From Vicugna vicugna (taxonomy: Eukaryota): a DNA stretch of 64,000 bases. The notes under the pieces were generated by a model. It made no database searches. It was not told the origin of the DNA and saw nothing but the letters and a program-made list of their open reading frames with translations. Within the stretch, counting starts at the first letter, position 1. Each line of letters starts with the position of its first letter. Shown here in pieces: positions 23,407 to 37,395 of the stretch. The DNA lies in the NCBI GenBank assembly GCA_013265495.1, contig MU058451.1, positions 1,588,167 to 1,652,166 of the forward strand, written 5' to 3'. The position numbers were made by a program, and so were the translations under genes.

Positions 23407-24070
23407 ATATTAGTTTCCTAGGGCTGCCACAGCAAATTGCCACAAACATGTTGGCTTAATTAAAGCAACAGACATTTATTTTCTTACAGTTCGGGAGGCC
23501 ATAAATCCAAAATCAGTGTGTCAATATTGCTTGTTCCTTCTGGAGGGAGAAACTTTCTCATGTTCTTTTCTAGCTTCTGGTGTTTTCTAGTAACCCCTGG
23601 TGTTCCTTGTCTTGTAGGTGTATCACTTCAATCTCTGCCTCCATGTTCACATTGCCTTCTTCTCTGTGTGTCTCTCTGTGACATCTCCTCCTCTTAGGGA
23701 CACCAGTCATTAGATTTAGACCATAAATCCAGGGTGAACTCATCTCAAGATCCTTAAGTAATTCATCTGCAAAGACCCTGTTTCCAAGTAAGGTCAGACA
23801 TCCTGAGGTTCTACGTGGACATGAACTTTGAGGGGGTGCACTATTCAAACTTGAGTCCACTCTCTGCACCCCTCTCCAGTTTACATTCATTACATGTGAA
23901 AATTATTCATCCCATCCCAACATCCTGAAAAGTCTTAACCTATTCCAGCATCAACTCTAAGTGAAATCAGATACGGGTATGGTTCATCCTAGGGCTGAAC
24001 TCCTCTCCAGCTACAGACCTGTGAAACTAGAAAACAAGTTATCTGCTTCCAAAATATGATGTTTGGACGT
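23407..24070 (-). mobile_element. MLT1 (MaLR) LTR plus adjoining internal fragment
   Basis: TATTAGTTTCCTAGGGCTGCC...GCAAAGACCCTGTTTCCAAGTAAGGTCA, then MLT1-int-like GACCTGTGAAACTAGAAAACAAGTTATCTGCTTCCAAAAT. Confidence 0.85.
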
Positions 24071-24089
24071 TCTGTTTATGATGAACTAT

Positions 24090-24503
24090 GTGTTTTCTAA
24101 GTGAAAGAAGCTTTCTCTGCCATTCTCCTTAATTCTTTCTGAACCCTCGCCAGGATAGCTTTTCACAGCCGGGATGCAGGCAGGAGGGGAAGCAGGAGCA
24201 GGTAGGAAGAGCCCCAGACCACAAGGCAGCTGTGAGAAAGTCTTGTGCAGGCCAGTGCAGAGCCCAGAGCAGGGACTGACCATTACAGGGGGCCCTTCAG
24301 TGGGCAGGAAGAGCCCCGCTCTGGCACTCTGCTCCACTGGGCAGCTCAGGAGAGTGTGGCCTTGCTGTGAATGCTGCCAAGGATCCCAAAGGTGTGGCAG
24401 CTAGGTACGGTCAGCTAACTGCGCTCCTCACAGTTCTAGGTGGACATGAACTTTGGGAGGTTTTCTGGGAAGGTCTGAGTGGCGCATCCCCATGGCTGCC
24501 ACA
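24090..24503 (-). mobile_element. LTR16-like ERVL solo LTR
   Basis: Ends GGTCTGAGTGGCGCATCCCCATGGCTGCCACA; internal GTCAGCTAACTGCGCTCC. Confidence 0.6.
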
Positions 24504-25740
24504 GGGCACCATTCTGGAGAAGTCTGCTAGTGGTAGAGAAGCTTAAAGGAACTTCCAGCAGAGTCCTGATACTAAGGGGAAAAAATGAAACTTCAGGGTC
24601 TGCCCAGTATTAAGAGGAACAAGGGGTTTGGGGAGTAACTTTGAGGGTCACACCCTAGGAATAGGGGCAAACTGGAAAGGGCCATCTTCCGCAGGAACTA
24701 ACCCCAGCTTCTGCTCAGGTCAGGCTCTGATGGGATTCAGGAGACCTGGAATCCCGAGCTGCAGCCTAGATGCTTACACTGAAAGCGGGTGCACATCCTC
24801 ACAGAAGGAACAGTAAGCCTCAAACGATCTATAGCTTTTTACCTTCAAGGATAATAAAAACACAAAGGTGAAATTGCATGTAGCCATGAATAAAGTCAAC
24901 TTTGTGTAGTTTTTGTGATGCTGAAATTGAATTCGCACCCAGTAGGTTAGACCTCCATGAACTAAGTACTAAGCATGTGGCTGATTACCAAGAGAAAATT
25001 TTAAAGCAGCCACTTGAGATCTAGAGTTCCCAGGGGAAAAAAAAGTAGAACTAGAAACATTAAAAACTTCTTCCAAGCTTTATCAAATTTGTGATTAGTA
25101 GTTTTAATTAGTAGTTTTAATTATTAAGAGAGTTTGCTTTTAATGAGCATTTTGTCCAAATTAGTGCCAATGAATGGATACTTTGATAGTCACATCTAAT
25201 TCATTACAAGCAGCATTCTGCAATGCAATTCAGTATTTATTTCTTGGACATTTGCTTTGTACAAGAAACTGAATGAAGCATTATGGTTTTTTTTTTTAAT
25301 GAAAGGAATTATTTTGCTTGAGAAGGAAGCAGTAGCAATTGAAAGGAAAAGGGACCAATGAAAAGAGACAAGATGGCAACATTCTAGCCCTGATCCTGGT
25401 ATCATCTTGCAATGGGACTTTGGATAATGTGCTTCAACAGGCTGGCTCTCAACTCAGAGTTCTGTGGAATGAGATAATTGGAAAATATGGCATTTTGTTC
25501 TAAAGCTGAATCACAAAATAGGTGATTCTCTAAAGCATGTGTGCTATAGGAGAGGACTGTGAAATATTTCTAGAGTCAAAAGGCAAAGGATACTTGATCT
25601 TGGAGATCCTTCTTCTCTCTACGACAGAGAACACACAGCCTGGTATGAGTTCGTTATAAGGAATGGCTTGCATGTGAGCAAAAAATCAAACAAAGGCATA
25701 TGTTGTTTTAAAAATCATTTTATTATAAGCATCCAAGTAC

Positions 25741-26666
25741 TGTTACTAATCACCATCCTATGCGTTGTTTTCACTCATGACACTCCTGACACCAAATATG
25801 TGGATTTTTTTTTCCTCACCATCCAATTTGCCATCTCTCCAGACACCAACTGGGTCCTACAAGCCAATTCAATTCTGACAGTAACTTCTTAGAACTCAGA
25901 CCCACAGGCTTAATGTCTTACTCCCACAAGACTACTCTGACTTTAGATGCCAGTCACAGGTTTGTGGTCCCCTGGTTACCTACAGTTCTGTACAGCTTGG
26001 CTACAGTTCAGTGGGTCCAATGACCCACCCTGGATACAATAATATACTAGAATGGCTCACAGAACTCAGAAAAACCTATTGCCAGTTTATTATAAAGGAT
26101 ACAGTTCAGGAACAGCAAGTGGAAGAGATGCACAGGACAAGGAATGGGAAGGAGCTAAGGGGCATGTGGCAGAACCTCCCTACCCTCTCCAGGCATGCCA
26201 CCCTCCCAGCACCATGAGGTGTTCGCCAACCTGGAACCTCCCTGAGCCTTGTTGTTTAGGAGCGTTTATGGCGATTTCATTACGTTGGCATGGTTGATTA
26301 CATCATCAACCATTGGTGACTAGCTCAATCTCCAGTCTCTCTCCCCTCTCAAGACATTGAGGGTGGGGCTGAAAGTTACAACTTCTACCCATACCTTGGT
26401 CTTTCTGGTGACCAGATTCCACCCTGAAGCTCTCTAGGGACCCACCGACAGTCACCTCATTAAAACAAAAGACACTCCTGCCACCCAGGAAATTCCAAGG
26501 AATTTAGGAGCTGTATGTCAGGAATCAGGACAAGGACCAAATATTAGGAAAAAAGGATGCTTCTATCATCCCTACCACTCAGGAAACTATAAGAATTTTA
26601 GAACCTACATTAGGAATGAGGGACCAAAACCAAATATATATATATATATTTCTCATTATGCTGCAC
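25741..26666. mobile_element. MER21-like LTR (second copy)
   Basis: AATTCAATTCTGACA...CTAGAATGGCTCACAGAACTCAG...GGAAATTCCAAGG, shared with the 20860 copy. Confidence 0.8.
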
Positions 26667-27689
26667 ATCCATTTCAACTTAGAAATAGCTATTTTATACT
26701 AAATCCTGTATCATAAGAAATTTAAACTGGGCTAGTACTTTTGATTCTTGAGTTTTACTGACAATTTACTATTTCCTAGAATATTAAGTCCATCAGGCTT
26801 TTAAGTTTTGAGTAACAGAGATTTATTATCGTAATTTCATTCCCACAGAGAATTCTGATGGTCAGTGTCTTAGGTCAGTAAGTATCTAATGGAATCATGG
26901 AACTTGAAATAAATGTAATGTTTCTTACCAGTCTTCACAACTTATCACATGAAAAAAGGTGAAAAACTCTTGGCAAAACAAAAGGCTAAACAAAATCCTC
27001 AACAAAGTGCATGTGGATAATCTTCATTTTACTTTAATGTACTGTATTGTTAAATTCCTTAAGCTCTAAAGCTTAAACCATTTAAGTTTTTTTTTAGATT
27101 AAAAAAGGCTTGTATTTCTAATTACGTATTTTGAAAAATTTAGTAAGAAGGTCACAGATGTCTTCACTACTCACTCCTTGGGAAGTTGGGAAGAACTACC
27201 CTTTTATGGTGTGAGGGCATCATTTATCATTCATACATTATTATCCCTATATGTTTTAAGTTATTTTGAAATTATAACTCTTCAGTCGTTGTACTTTGGA
27301 GGATACCACTGTGTAGGGAGAAAGGACTAACCTGAGCAAAACTTCCTAGAGTTCCCAGGATGGGGTTGAGTGGGTGATGGGCTGGTTCACTGAGGCTCTG
27401 AGGTGTCAACCTTGACCTCCTGCAGCCAGAAACTGGTTGAACTAACTGAGTGTCTTAGAGGTTTGAACCAGGAGATTTTGGTTCTTTTTGGATTTGGGTT
27501 CTAAATGGGAATTTTTAGCATTTTCTATAGGGAAAGGACAAGATGGAAAGAAACACATTTCCCATCAAGTAGCAAAATAATGACACATAAATAGGGGCTT
27601 GGTCAGGAAGTCAGGAGTCCAAGTGAAGCTTCCATGCCAGTTATGCCTGCTTTGCACGTGTTTAGAAATAGCTCATGTAAGATATATAC

Positions 27690-28555
27690 TTTTTTTAAAT
27701 TGAAATATAGTTGATTTACAATGTTGTGTTAGTTTCTGGTGTACAGCGTAGTGATTCAGTTATACATATTCTTTTTCATTATAGGTTATTATAAGCTGTT
27801 GAACATATCTCCTTGTGCTATACAGTAGAACCTTGTTATTTATCTATTTTACTATTTACTGTTATATAGTAGCTTGTATCTGCTAATTCCAAACTCCTAA
27901 TTTATCCCTCCCCCACCCCCTCTCCCCTTTGATAACCCTAAGTTTGTTTTCTATGTCTATGAGTCTGTTTCTGTTTTATTAATAAGTTCATTTGTGCCAT
28001 ATTTTAGATTCCACATATAAATGATATCATATTGTATATGTCTTTCTCTGACTTGCTTCACTTAGTATGATAATCTCTAGGTCCACCCATGTTGCTGCGA
28101 ATGGCATTATTTCATTCCTTTTTTATGGCTGAGTAGTATTTATATATATATACACACATGTATTTATATATATATACACACATACACACACCACGTCTTC
28201 TTTATCCAGTCATATGTCAATGGACATTTAGGTTGCTTCCATGTCTTGGCTTTTGTAATAGTGCTGCTGTGAACATTGGGGTGCATGTATCTTTTGAATT
28301 AGAATTTCCTCTGGATATATGCCCAAGAATGAGATTGCTAGATCATATGGTAACTCTATTTTTAGTTTTTATAGGAATCTCCATGCTGTTTTCCATAGTG
28401 GCTGTACCAAATTACATTGCCACCAACAGTGTAAGAAGGTTCCCTTTTCTCCACACTGTCTCCAGTATTTATGGTTTGTGGACTTTTTAATGATGGCCCA
28501 TTCTGTGACATGATAACTCCTTTTAGTTTTTATTTACATTTCGCTGATAATTTAT
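27690..28555 (-). mobile_element. L1 3' portion (ORF2 C-terminus and 3'UTR), Cetartiodactyla type
   Basis: TTGATTTACAATGTTGTGTTAGTTTCTGGTGTACAG...TAGATTCCACATATAA...CATAGTGGCTGTACCAA. Confidence 0.9.
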
Positions 28556-30144
28556 GAACAATATAGACTCTTAAATATGCCTTTTCCCAGCTTCTTTTAA
28601 GTATAATTCTTTGTGAGAAGATTAACTCCTTTAATGGGTTTTGGGGAAACAATAGAAAGAATTTGGTGCCCTGGGGCTAGTAGATTATGGAGGGACAGGG
28701 AATCTGGGGAAGCCAAATAAGATACTCCCTTAGGATGGGTATGGAAAAGCTCGGAGCAAGAGGCCAGGTCTGCACATCTGACTGCCTCATCCCATCCGGA
28801 GACTCTCTAGCGTTCTAGCCGGTTCAGACTACGAAGGTCATGGTACGTCAGCTGGATAACGAACGTCTTCATCTTATATCATTAAAGAATACTTACTAGG
28901 AGTACTTTTTATGAAAGTAAAAAAGTCTTTTTCTTCTAAAGCATTGGAATATGATTTAATAAATCGAGAAGGCACTTTTGCTTCTAAGGTCTTAGAGAAC
29001 TTGATTTGTTTAAAATGACAAATGTACCAACAACGGCTCCTGATACTGCTGCTAGGTGGGATTCATCAAATAACTTTTGTGGATCCATTCTCATCTGGAC
29101 CGACCTTGGGACTCTCTTTCCTTCCTTTACTGTTGCTGTTGAACTCTGTTAGAACGCTTTCCTATTTCACTTCCACATCAGCTTCCAATTCCCGCTGCTG
29201 CTCCCCACCCACCTGGGTTTCTACATTATTGCTACTCAACAGGTCCGCAGGGCTGAGGTTTCCTTCAGCACTTTTCTGAACAAGAAACTTCAATTCACTG
29301 TAAGAAGCCTAATAATATTAAAATTGTGCTCTCAGAGAGCATTTTTCATCTTCCAGATGCTTAATGCTGCCCATCAGGGCTCTCACTAGATGGAGATGAG
29401 GCTTTTAAAGCCCATTAGCCTTCCAAGAGCATCCCCCTTCTTCCTTGGGTTCAGATCATTTGCACACTTTTCCTCTGGGAGTGGCACCAGTAACGAAGGA
29501 ATCAGCTCTTAACTGAGTTCCCGAAATTAAGCCCATCAGAGAAATTTTTCTCCAAGTCTACCTTGGTCTTTACTGAAATCTCAATTTAAGCTTTTATCAG
29601 ATATAGTTTCTATCAAAGTTTAGTTAGTAAACACTTCATCTGCACATGTAATCACATAAATTAGGTTACATTGGAAAGCATTGAGAATAGAAGGGCAAAA
29701 TTTTGGGGGGCAGAATTTAAAATGATATTTTTGGAACACAAAATTTAAGAATACCTTAATAAGGAAATAGATCTATATTTTAAAGATTATAGCTAAAGAT
29801 CTTTATAAAATCGGAATTGAATACATATTTGTGACTTCCAGTTATCTCTCATATTCATATATTATGCTATTGCTTGTGTAGAGAGATCATTTTGTCATGT
29901 TGAATAACTGAGGAATGACATATATCAAACAGACCAGAAAGGTGTTCTACTGCCCGTGGAAAACGAACTACACTAGGGTGACACTATCACATGTGAAGAA
30001 TTTTAAGATTCTTTCTGAAAGACTTACTTTTTCATATTAGTTAATGAAATCAAAGGTTAAAATGAAAAACTTTATGGAGGGTCTCGCGCTCCATCCTATA
30101 ATGCCAGGATGTCTCCTTTTTTTCATCTAGAGTTTTCCTGCCCT

Positions 30145-30380
30145 CTTGGTGTATTCTGCTTCCATACCACAGAGATCAGGGTGCCAACATGAGCATCAGA
30201 CAATTTTGATTCTCACACAAACCATCTGTGTGATTTTGGTAGGTTATGTACGTTCTCTAAGTCTGAATCTCCCCACCAGGGGGCTTGGGGTGATCATGTT
30301 CACCTTGCAGCTTCATTATGAGGATAACATAGCAGAATACTTAAAGATACCTGCTCTTATTATGTTCAGTGCCTAAAATA
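30145..30380 (+). mobile_element. MIR SINE (degenerate)
   Basis: TGTGTGATTTTGGTAGGTTATGT...TCTCTAAGTCT. Confidence 0.5.
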
Positions 30381-30741
30381 CCCTATTTGTTTAAAAATGT
30401 TTATGGACTTGAGTTGTAGACCTATAGGCAGCATTCAATTCTATGCCCATATTATTTTGTTACTATGTGGCTAAAACTATTTCTAAAGTTTTTTTTTTCC
30501 TACAAGTGCCACTAATTTATAGATTACTTACTGGTTGTAGCCCTAACAAAGAGATCAATACAAATTACATCCTAAAAGTTTATCCAAATGACTTGACACT
30601 TCTGCTCAGAAGTGGCCAGGGAGACTGTATAAACGGGCCATTTATTTTGCTTGTCAGTGCCCTTTGAGACCCCTGGGAATTATGAAATGTTCTCTTGGCT
30701 GGGGCATCGGATTACTCATAAAGTCTCTCCCGTGGGTAAGT

Positions 30742-31290
30742 ATATTAGTTTGCTAGTGCTGCCAAAGCAAAGTGCCACAAACTTGGTGACTTGAGCAGCA
30801 GAAATTTCACGTCTCATTATTCTGGAGGCTGGAAATCCAATGTCAATATGTTGGTAGGGCTGGTTCCTCCTAAATGAAATGATAGATGCTGAAATGAACA
30901 GATAGAAAAAATTAAGTGAGCCATAGAGATAAGACAAAGGGAAGAAAAGATCTTAAAAATAGAAAATAAGACTAACAGTATCATAAAAGAGAGAAGAAGA
31001 GACATCATATCCATGAAGCATAAGTATTCAGAGGAAAAAAAATCTTAGAATAATACATAATATATCATTTTTTTAAATTTAAAAATTCATTCAAAAATTT
31101 AGAAAATAAGATTGAGAAAATCTTAAAGAAAGTAGGGCAAATAGATAAAATAGATAGAAGAAAGATGAAAGATGGATGAAAAATAGCCAAAAAAAAAAAG
31201 ATAACTAGAAGACATCCAGATATTTGGAATTCTAGAAAAAGGAAAAAGAGAAAATAGAAGGGAGGAAAGAAATATTTCAAGAAAAAAATT
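30742..31290. mobile_element. MLT1 LTR fragment (30742-30872) joined to an A-rich old L1 ORF1-like fragment
   Basis: TATTAGTTTGCTAGTGCTGCC...TTCTGGAGGCTGGAAATCCAA, followed by a purine-rich L1-like tract. Confidence 0.6.
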
Positions 31291-32039
31291 TTGTTGTCTA
31301 AATCATCTGTTTCTCCTCACAACAAATTTTCTTTACATTAGAAGACAGGAACTTGTAAACATGGGTAATTTAAAATAGAAGTAACATAATAGCCTGTCTA
31401 AAGCAATGATAATTTAAAAACGCAAGCTGAAATTTCCTGAGAAATTTGAACACCTAAGTACATACATCACAGATCATGTCTTGACAATTTAAGAAAACTT
31501 AATCAATGCTCCTAATATTGTTTAATTTCCATGACAAACATTTCCATTACACAGGAAAGGAAAGGAGAAAAATATGAATTAATAGCTAATAAGCCTTGAG
31601 CTGTGAACAGCGATGAGTCTGATGCCTCCATAAATTGATATTTACGAATGGGGAGGGTTTAGAGCAAGGAGCCTGAGAGATTACCTAGTATAAATCCTTC
31701 ATGGAAGAGTTCTAAAACCCAAAGTAATTGGTTAACTGACTGGTATTGATTTGATGTAGGACTAATTTTAAAATAAAACACATTCATTTTCTCTAGGTAG
31801 TGGATCATTTGTACAGAGATACACAATTGACAGAGTGTGTATAAAATCACAAGCAAGCTTTCTTTCTGCCTCCTGGCAACCCAGGACTCAATTGCAGGAA
31901 GGGGGAGAATCCCCTGATAAAGAGGGAAGAAGGATTCTAGGCTAGTTTCAGTGCATCCCAATAGAGGAGAAGTGGACAGTCTTTCTCACTGGCTTTCCTA
32001 CCTCTCTCTGGGAGAAAGGGGATAGAAAATAAGGCCATT

Positions 32040-32790
32040 TGTTTTAAAAGTTAAGTTTTATTATTATTCCAATATGGTGAAGCCAACAGACCAGAGATGA
32101 TTCCCATTGAAAAGAGAGTTATTACAGATCCCAAGAAGAGGGACACACTCTGCCACGCAGAGCCACATGGGGAAGCACCGGCTTCTGTCAGGAGCGGGGC
32201 GGCGGAGGGAGCAGGGGCGCGAGCCTTTACTGTGATGTCAGTGGGAAGCAATGGGCAAGCCTGGATGAGCAGGTTTAGGGCTGGCAGGCTCTGGAGGGTA
32301 GGGGCTGTCCTGAGTTGTCTGATGCCTGGCCTCGAGTGATTAGGGCAGGAGCATATTGGCACTGATGGGAAAGCCCAGTACAGGAGGCAGTGGGACATGA
32401 GGGCTCTGGACTGGCTAGTTTGCATTTGGAAGACAAGCTCCTAGAAATAGTTTATTCTTTCCAGGAATTGACTAGCCCTGGGGAAGGCACTCTCTTCAAG
32501 ACATGCAAGGCCTCAAGATGCCAAAGCATCAGAAATACAGAAAACACAAGCTACTGTACATAAAATAGATAAGCAACAAGGATTTACTGAATAGCACAGG
32601 GAACTATATTCAATATCCTGTAATAATTTGAAAAAATATCCTGTAATAATTTGAAAAAAGACAATAATTTGAATCACTTTGCTGTACACCTGAAACACAG
32701 AATATTGTAATTCAATTGTACTTCAATTTTAAAAATACAGAAAATAAAAGCTGTGGTTAATACACCATTCTACATGAGGTCTACATGGAC
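32040..32790 (-). mobile_element. MER74-like ERVL LTR
   Basis: GGTGAAGCCAACAGA...CCATTGAAAAGA...CAGATCCCAAGA...GTGATTAGGGCAGG...GGCTAGTTTGCAT. Confidence 0.7.
32553..32732 (+). mobile_element. L1 3' end inserted into the MER74-like LTR
   Basis: ATAGCACAGGGAACTATATTCAATATC; ~20-bp TSD AAATACAGAAAA(C/T)A(C/A)AAGCT at 32533-32552 and 32733-32752; internal ~23-bp tandem duplication. Confidence 0.85.
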
Positions 32791-33419
32791 CATTAACAGC
32801 AGTTTTCCTCAGCCAGAGTAGGATATCTTGCTGTTTTGCTTTGATTTATTTTTTCCTCTGCGAACATATTGGCTAAATGGGGAAACAGGAAGAGCTGGCC
32901 ATCCACTAGTTGCAATAATAAGTATCTCGTTAATATTTTCCCAAGGAATTGGCCATATTTTTTCACAGTTTCTGCCAAAATTCTTATATATTGTCATAAT
33001 TTCTTTTCACAATTTGCATCATTTAAAGAGGAACCCAAACAATAATTTAAATTGTGGCTTATGGTCCTAAAATGAAGACGTGTCAGAGTATTTTGTTTAG
33101 ATTAATCTTATTTTCTTTGTTTCTCCTTCCTCTCCCTCCCCTTTCCTTCCCTTTTAATCGGTCCTTTTTTACCTTTATTTTTTTCTTTCATCTGAGCTAT
33201 CAAAGTAACTTCAAGATGCTATTAAGAAGATTGAATCAAGCTCACGTTCCTTAGGTGTGTCCAAGTAAAATACAAAAAACTAACTCTAGTCTTATAGAAC
33301 AACATGCCAAACAAACAACACAGTGTCGAAGTCAATAAAAGGGCCATCTTATTAACCCCATAATACTACTTATTTCACCTTAAACCTTATGCTGAAAAGT
33401 CCCAAAATGTGATCAGTTG

Positions 33420-33520
33420 GAATATTTTATTGGAATATTTTGAATTTTTATTGATTTTGAATAATTTGTTGATTTTTGAAGATTTATTGATTTTGAATAA
33501 TTTTTGAATTTTTATTGATT
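33420..33520. repeat. Degenerate AT-rich tandem repeat (TTTATTGATTTTGAA-like units)
   Basis: Recurring TTGATTTTGAATAATTT motifs. Confidence 0.7.
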
Positions 33521-33549
33521 GTCATAATGTCCTTAGCAATTTCTAGGTC

Positions 33550-34090
33550 ACTCTTCCAGTTAGGATATAGAAATTTGAAAAAGATGATCATTCTCATCGT
33601 AACAATGAGAAAATATTAGATAAACTTTTCTTTAAAAAAAAAAAAAACCTCTTTTTTGATCTACTTAAGAGCTGCAGAATTAGAGACGAGTAAACGAACT
33701 AAATTCTGGAGAGAGGAAACCCACTTCTAGGTGCACAGAGACAGTGGCTGCTTCTCTCACTGGGGGAAGTTACTACATCTGGGGGCATGGTTGGGCAAAG
33801 AAGCAATCCTGTCCCAGACAGAAGTGTTTAGGAGGGAGCCCAGACTCAAAGCTGTCCTTCCCTCTTCCCTATCCAACCGTTCTCTTCCATGAGAGTTCTC
33901 CTGCATATGTTCCCCAGGTGGTACCTGGAAGCCAGAGGTGGGACTGATAATAGAGATCTCAGTTTTCCCCAGTGTTTATAGAACCCTGCCAAGGGAGAAT
34001 CCTGAAGCCAACCTCAGGACATTTAAAATCAGAGACAAACTGAAGCTAACTAACTAATGCTGCAAGCCAACCTCGGCTCAGCTCCCATCT
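33550..34090 (+). mobile_element. Probable old L1M 5' end fragment
   Basis: AACAATGAGAAAA...AACTAAATTCTGGAGAG resembles L1M 5'UTRs; low certainty. Confidence 0.4.
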
Positions 34091-35262
34091 CTCACCTGCC
34101 TCCAAGCCCACTCAGGACAGACCAAGATTCCTTTTTCTAAATTTCCATAGGATCCTGTCTACCTCTGCTATCACACTTTATTCAATGACTGTGACCTCCT
34201 TGAAGGCAAGGAATATTCTTACAGCACTCTACAGAATGAGTGCCAAGCCTCAAGGAGAGAACTTAAACCACAGTCTGTACTGAGCCCACGGACGTGTTTT
34301 GTTCACCCTGCACCGTGTTTGTAAAAATTCGAAGTTAACATTAGGACCCCTGCCTGGGTGGCATTCCTGCGTGGGAATGACCCTGAACTGGAGGCAGCTC
34401 TGGAGAGTCTCCAGCTCACTCTGGTCCTCTGGCCTCCTCCTCGCTCCCAGCACTGCTGTCAGTTGCCTCATTTCTTTGACTTGTTTGCCAAGTCAAAGGA
34501 GCAATAAGCATTTTTGGAATGACTGAAGACATTTATAGATTAAATGACTGTAAGAGAAAGCTTTTCAAAAAAGAAAAGCCTTTCATGGAAAGAGGGTGGG
34601 TTGGGGTGAATTTATAAAATTCTAATGATAAATCCCAAGCAGAGTCATTCATTTTCATGATTGTAAATGTCTCCAAGTGGTTCTCTGCCTTCTTCCAAGG
34701 CCAAAGTAGTCACTATTTCTATAAGTGCCACTCAACGTCCATCTCAGATACATTTTATGTAATTGATCCTGTTAGGAAATGCAGAACTGTAACTTCCAGG
34801 TGCTACAGGCTATGTTTTCGGTTTATACAAAGCTAATTTCAGATACCTCCAAATTAAGGGCTCTCGTTCATTTGAAAACATTCTATGGTAACCATTTATA
34901 ACAAAATACGGATTCAGATTGAATAATCTTTCCATCGGAATCTTTATAATATTTGCTCCCTGCCGCTATGACAGCCATTTGGCATCACTTCCCATTGCAT
35001 CAATAAAGTAAATTATTTCCTGAAGTAGTTTCACTGATGTGTAAGTCCGGAAGCCCCTTCTAATTGTAGTTAAATGATGCTGTTTAAAAAGCAACAGTCT
35101 TCAGAGGGCTATTTTGGGGCAGAGAGAGAAGTCTCTTTTGTCTGGGAAAAGCCAAATAGCATATGTGAGAAGTTTTTATTACCTGAGGGGTTCTTGAACC
35201 AAGGGGAGTTGATATGGCATCCACAGTGTTTCATAAAATATCCCTTAAAAAGTCACTGGAAA

Positions 35263-35960
35263 CATACAGAACAAACTTATAGTTACCAGGGGGAAAGGGG
35301 TGGGTGGAGGGATAAATTGGGAGCTCAGGATTTGCAAATACACACTACTATATATAAAATAGATAAACAAGGTCCTACTGTATAGCACAGGGAACTGTAT
35401 TCAATATCTTGTAATAGCCTATAATGAAAAAGAATATGAAAAGGAATATGTATATACGTATAACTGAACCACAATGCTGTACACCAGAACTTAACACAAC
35501 ATTGTAAATTGACTATACTTCAATAAAAATATAAAAATTTATTTGCAGCAACATGCATGCTCTTGGAGAATGTCATTCTAAGTGAAGTAACCCAGAAAGA
35601 GAAAGAAAAATACCATATGAGATCGCTCATACGTGGAATCTAAAAAAAAAAAAAAAAGCATAAATACAAAACAGAAATAGACTCACAGACATAGAATATA
35701 AACTTGTGGTTGCCAAGGGGGCAGGGGGTGGGAAGAGATAGACTGGGATTTCAAAATTGTAGAATAGATAAACAAGATTATACTGTAGAGCACAGGGAAA
35801 TATACACAAGATCTTATGGTAGCTCACAGAGAAAAAAATGTGACAATGAATATATATATGTTCACGTATAATTGAAAAATTGTGCTCTACACTGGAATTT
35901 GACACAACATTGTAAAATGATTATAAATCAATAAAAAATGTTTACAAAAATTTAGAAAAA
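35263..35960 (+). mobile_element. Two nested L1 3' ends: a younger camelid-type L1 (35542-35945) inserted in the tail of an older one
   Basis: Two different L1 3'UTR versions in tandem; inner TSD AAAAATTTA and outer TSD GTCACT(G/A)GAAA. Confidence 0.85.
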
Positions 35961-36959
35961 GAATGTCACTAGAAAAAATAGAAGCAAGTAAGTAGGAAAA
36001 AAGTTATTGACTATTTTAAAATAAAATTATTCCTAAACACATAAATAAATATTCTTCCACAATATATATGGAGATAAGCAGTATACATTTTAGAGATTGT
36101 AAGAAAATTGCCCTTTATAAATGGAAGAGATATAGGTAAATAAGTTATTATAACCATACAATAATAACTTACCTTTGGCTTTATAGATTGTTACGTTTCT
36201 AGGGGACAGGGCTTCACTGTGTGCAGAAGTTCGGAAAGTAGGGACCTTAGAAAATGGACCCCTTTATGAGGAGAAGGGAAACACTGCAGTTGGTCTTTGC
36301 CAGACCTTGGAGGCATAAAACCTGTTATAAATTCAAGGGAGTCCTGTGATATGACTCTACGACCCAGGGTCTTTTTTCTGTCCAGCGTATTATTAATGAA
36401 AAGCTTCAAAAGTGATAGATGTGTTCCTGTTAAATGTCCAGCTTAGTAGTTAATTATTAATGTATGTATTGTCCCCAGGTGCCTCACACTGAGCCCTGTA
36501 CATAACAGTTGCTCAAGAGATAGTTGTTTAATTTCCTGCATCTGACTTGGGGCCCCCCCAGCAGGAGTGTAGCTAAAGTGTCTCTCCGTGAGAGGCACCA
36601 TTTAATTAGTGGGCCTCCTGGTCAATAGAACCTTGAATGCAAATATCTCTAGTAGAGCCTAGAACGTACTAGAGCAACAGTAAGCAAGAAGCGGAGAATG
36701 CCGACCCCAGAGCATGGAGTGGGACTGCTGGGCGGTTTTCTATGTAGTTAATGAAATTGTGGAGGGAGATCAGGTAGATGGATAGGCATGTATGTGTAGA
36801 AATGAAAGAACTGGATTTAATTAAAACCTGTCTACCTGTTTCTTTCTCCTCTCCATCTGTCTATCTATCTATCACTTATAGGAATACAGTCATCACAAAT
36901 TCTATACACAAATTCTGGTAGTTGCTTTTTAATTCTTCCTAAGGAACTGGTTCAAGGGG

Positions 36960-37395
36960 GCTATTAGTTTGCTAGGGCTAAAAAGTCTTGCCTCACAATT
37001 CTGGAGGCTGGGAGTCCAAGATTAAGTTTTTGGCAGGATTGATTCCCTCAGGAGGTTGTGAGGGAGACTCTGCCCCATGTCCCTCCTGGCGTCTGGGGGT
37101 TTGCTGGCCCTCTTTGATGTTCCTTCACCAGTAGATGCCTCAGCTGGATCTCTGCTTCCCTTGTCATGTGGTGCCCTCCCCGCGCGCATCTGTCTCTGGG
37201 TCCAAACTTCCGCTTTTGATAAGGACACCAGTCACTGAATTAGGGACCCACCCCACTTTAGGATGACCTCATCTTAACTACATAATTATATCTGCAGTGA
37301 CCCTGTTTCCATATCAGGCCACCTTCTGAGGTATTGGAGATCAGACCTTAAACATGTGAGGTTTGTTTCGTTTTTGTGTTTGTTTTTTGGTAGGG
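36960..37395 (-). mobile_element. MLT1 (B/C-like) solo LTR
   Basis: TATTAGTTTGCTAGGGCT...ATAAGGACACCAGTCA...GACCTCATCTTAACT...ACACAGTTCAACCC. Confidence 0.85.

Noticed and set aside
29022..29290. Coding-looking purine-rich stretch on the minus strand
   Set aside because: In-frame stop, no recognisable homology and no convincing splice sites.
33420..33520. CRISPR-like repeat array
   Set aside because: A low-complexity AT-rich tandem repeat without unique spacers, in a mammalian genome.
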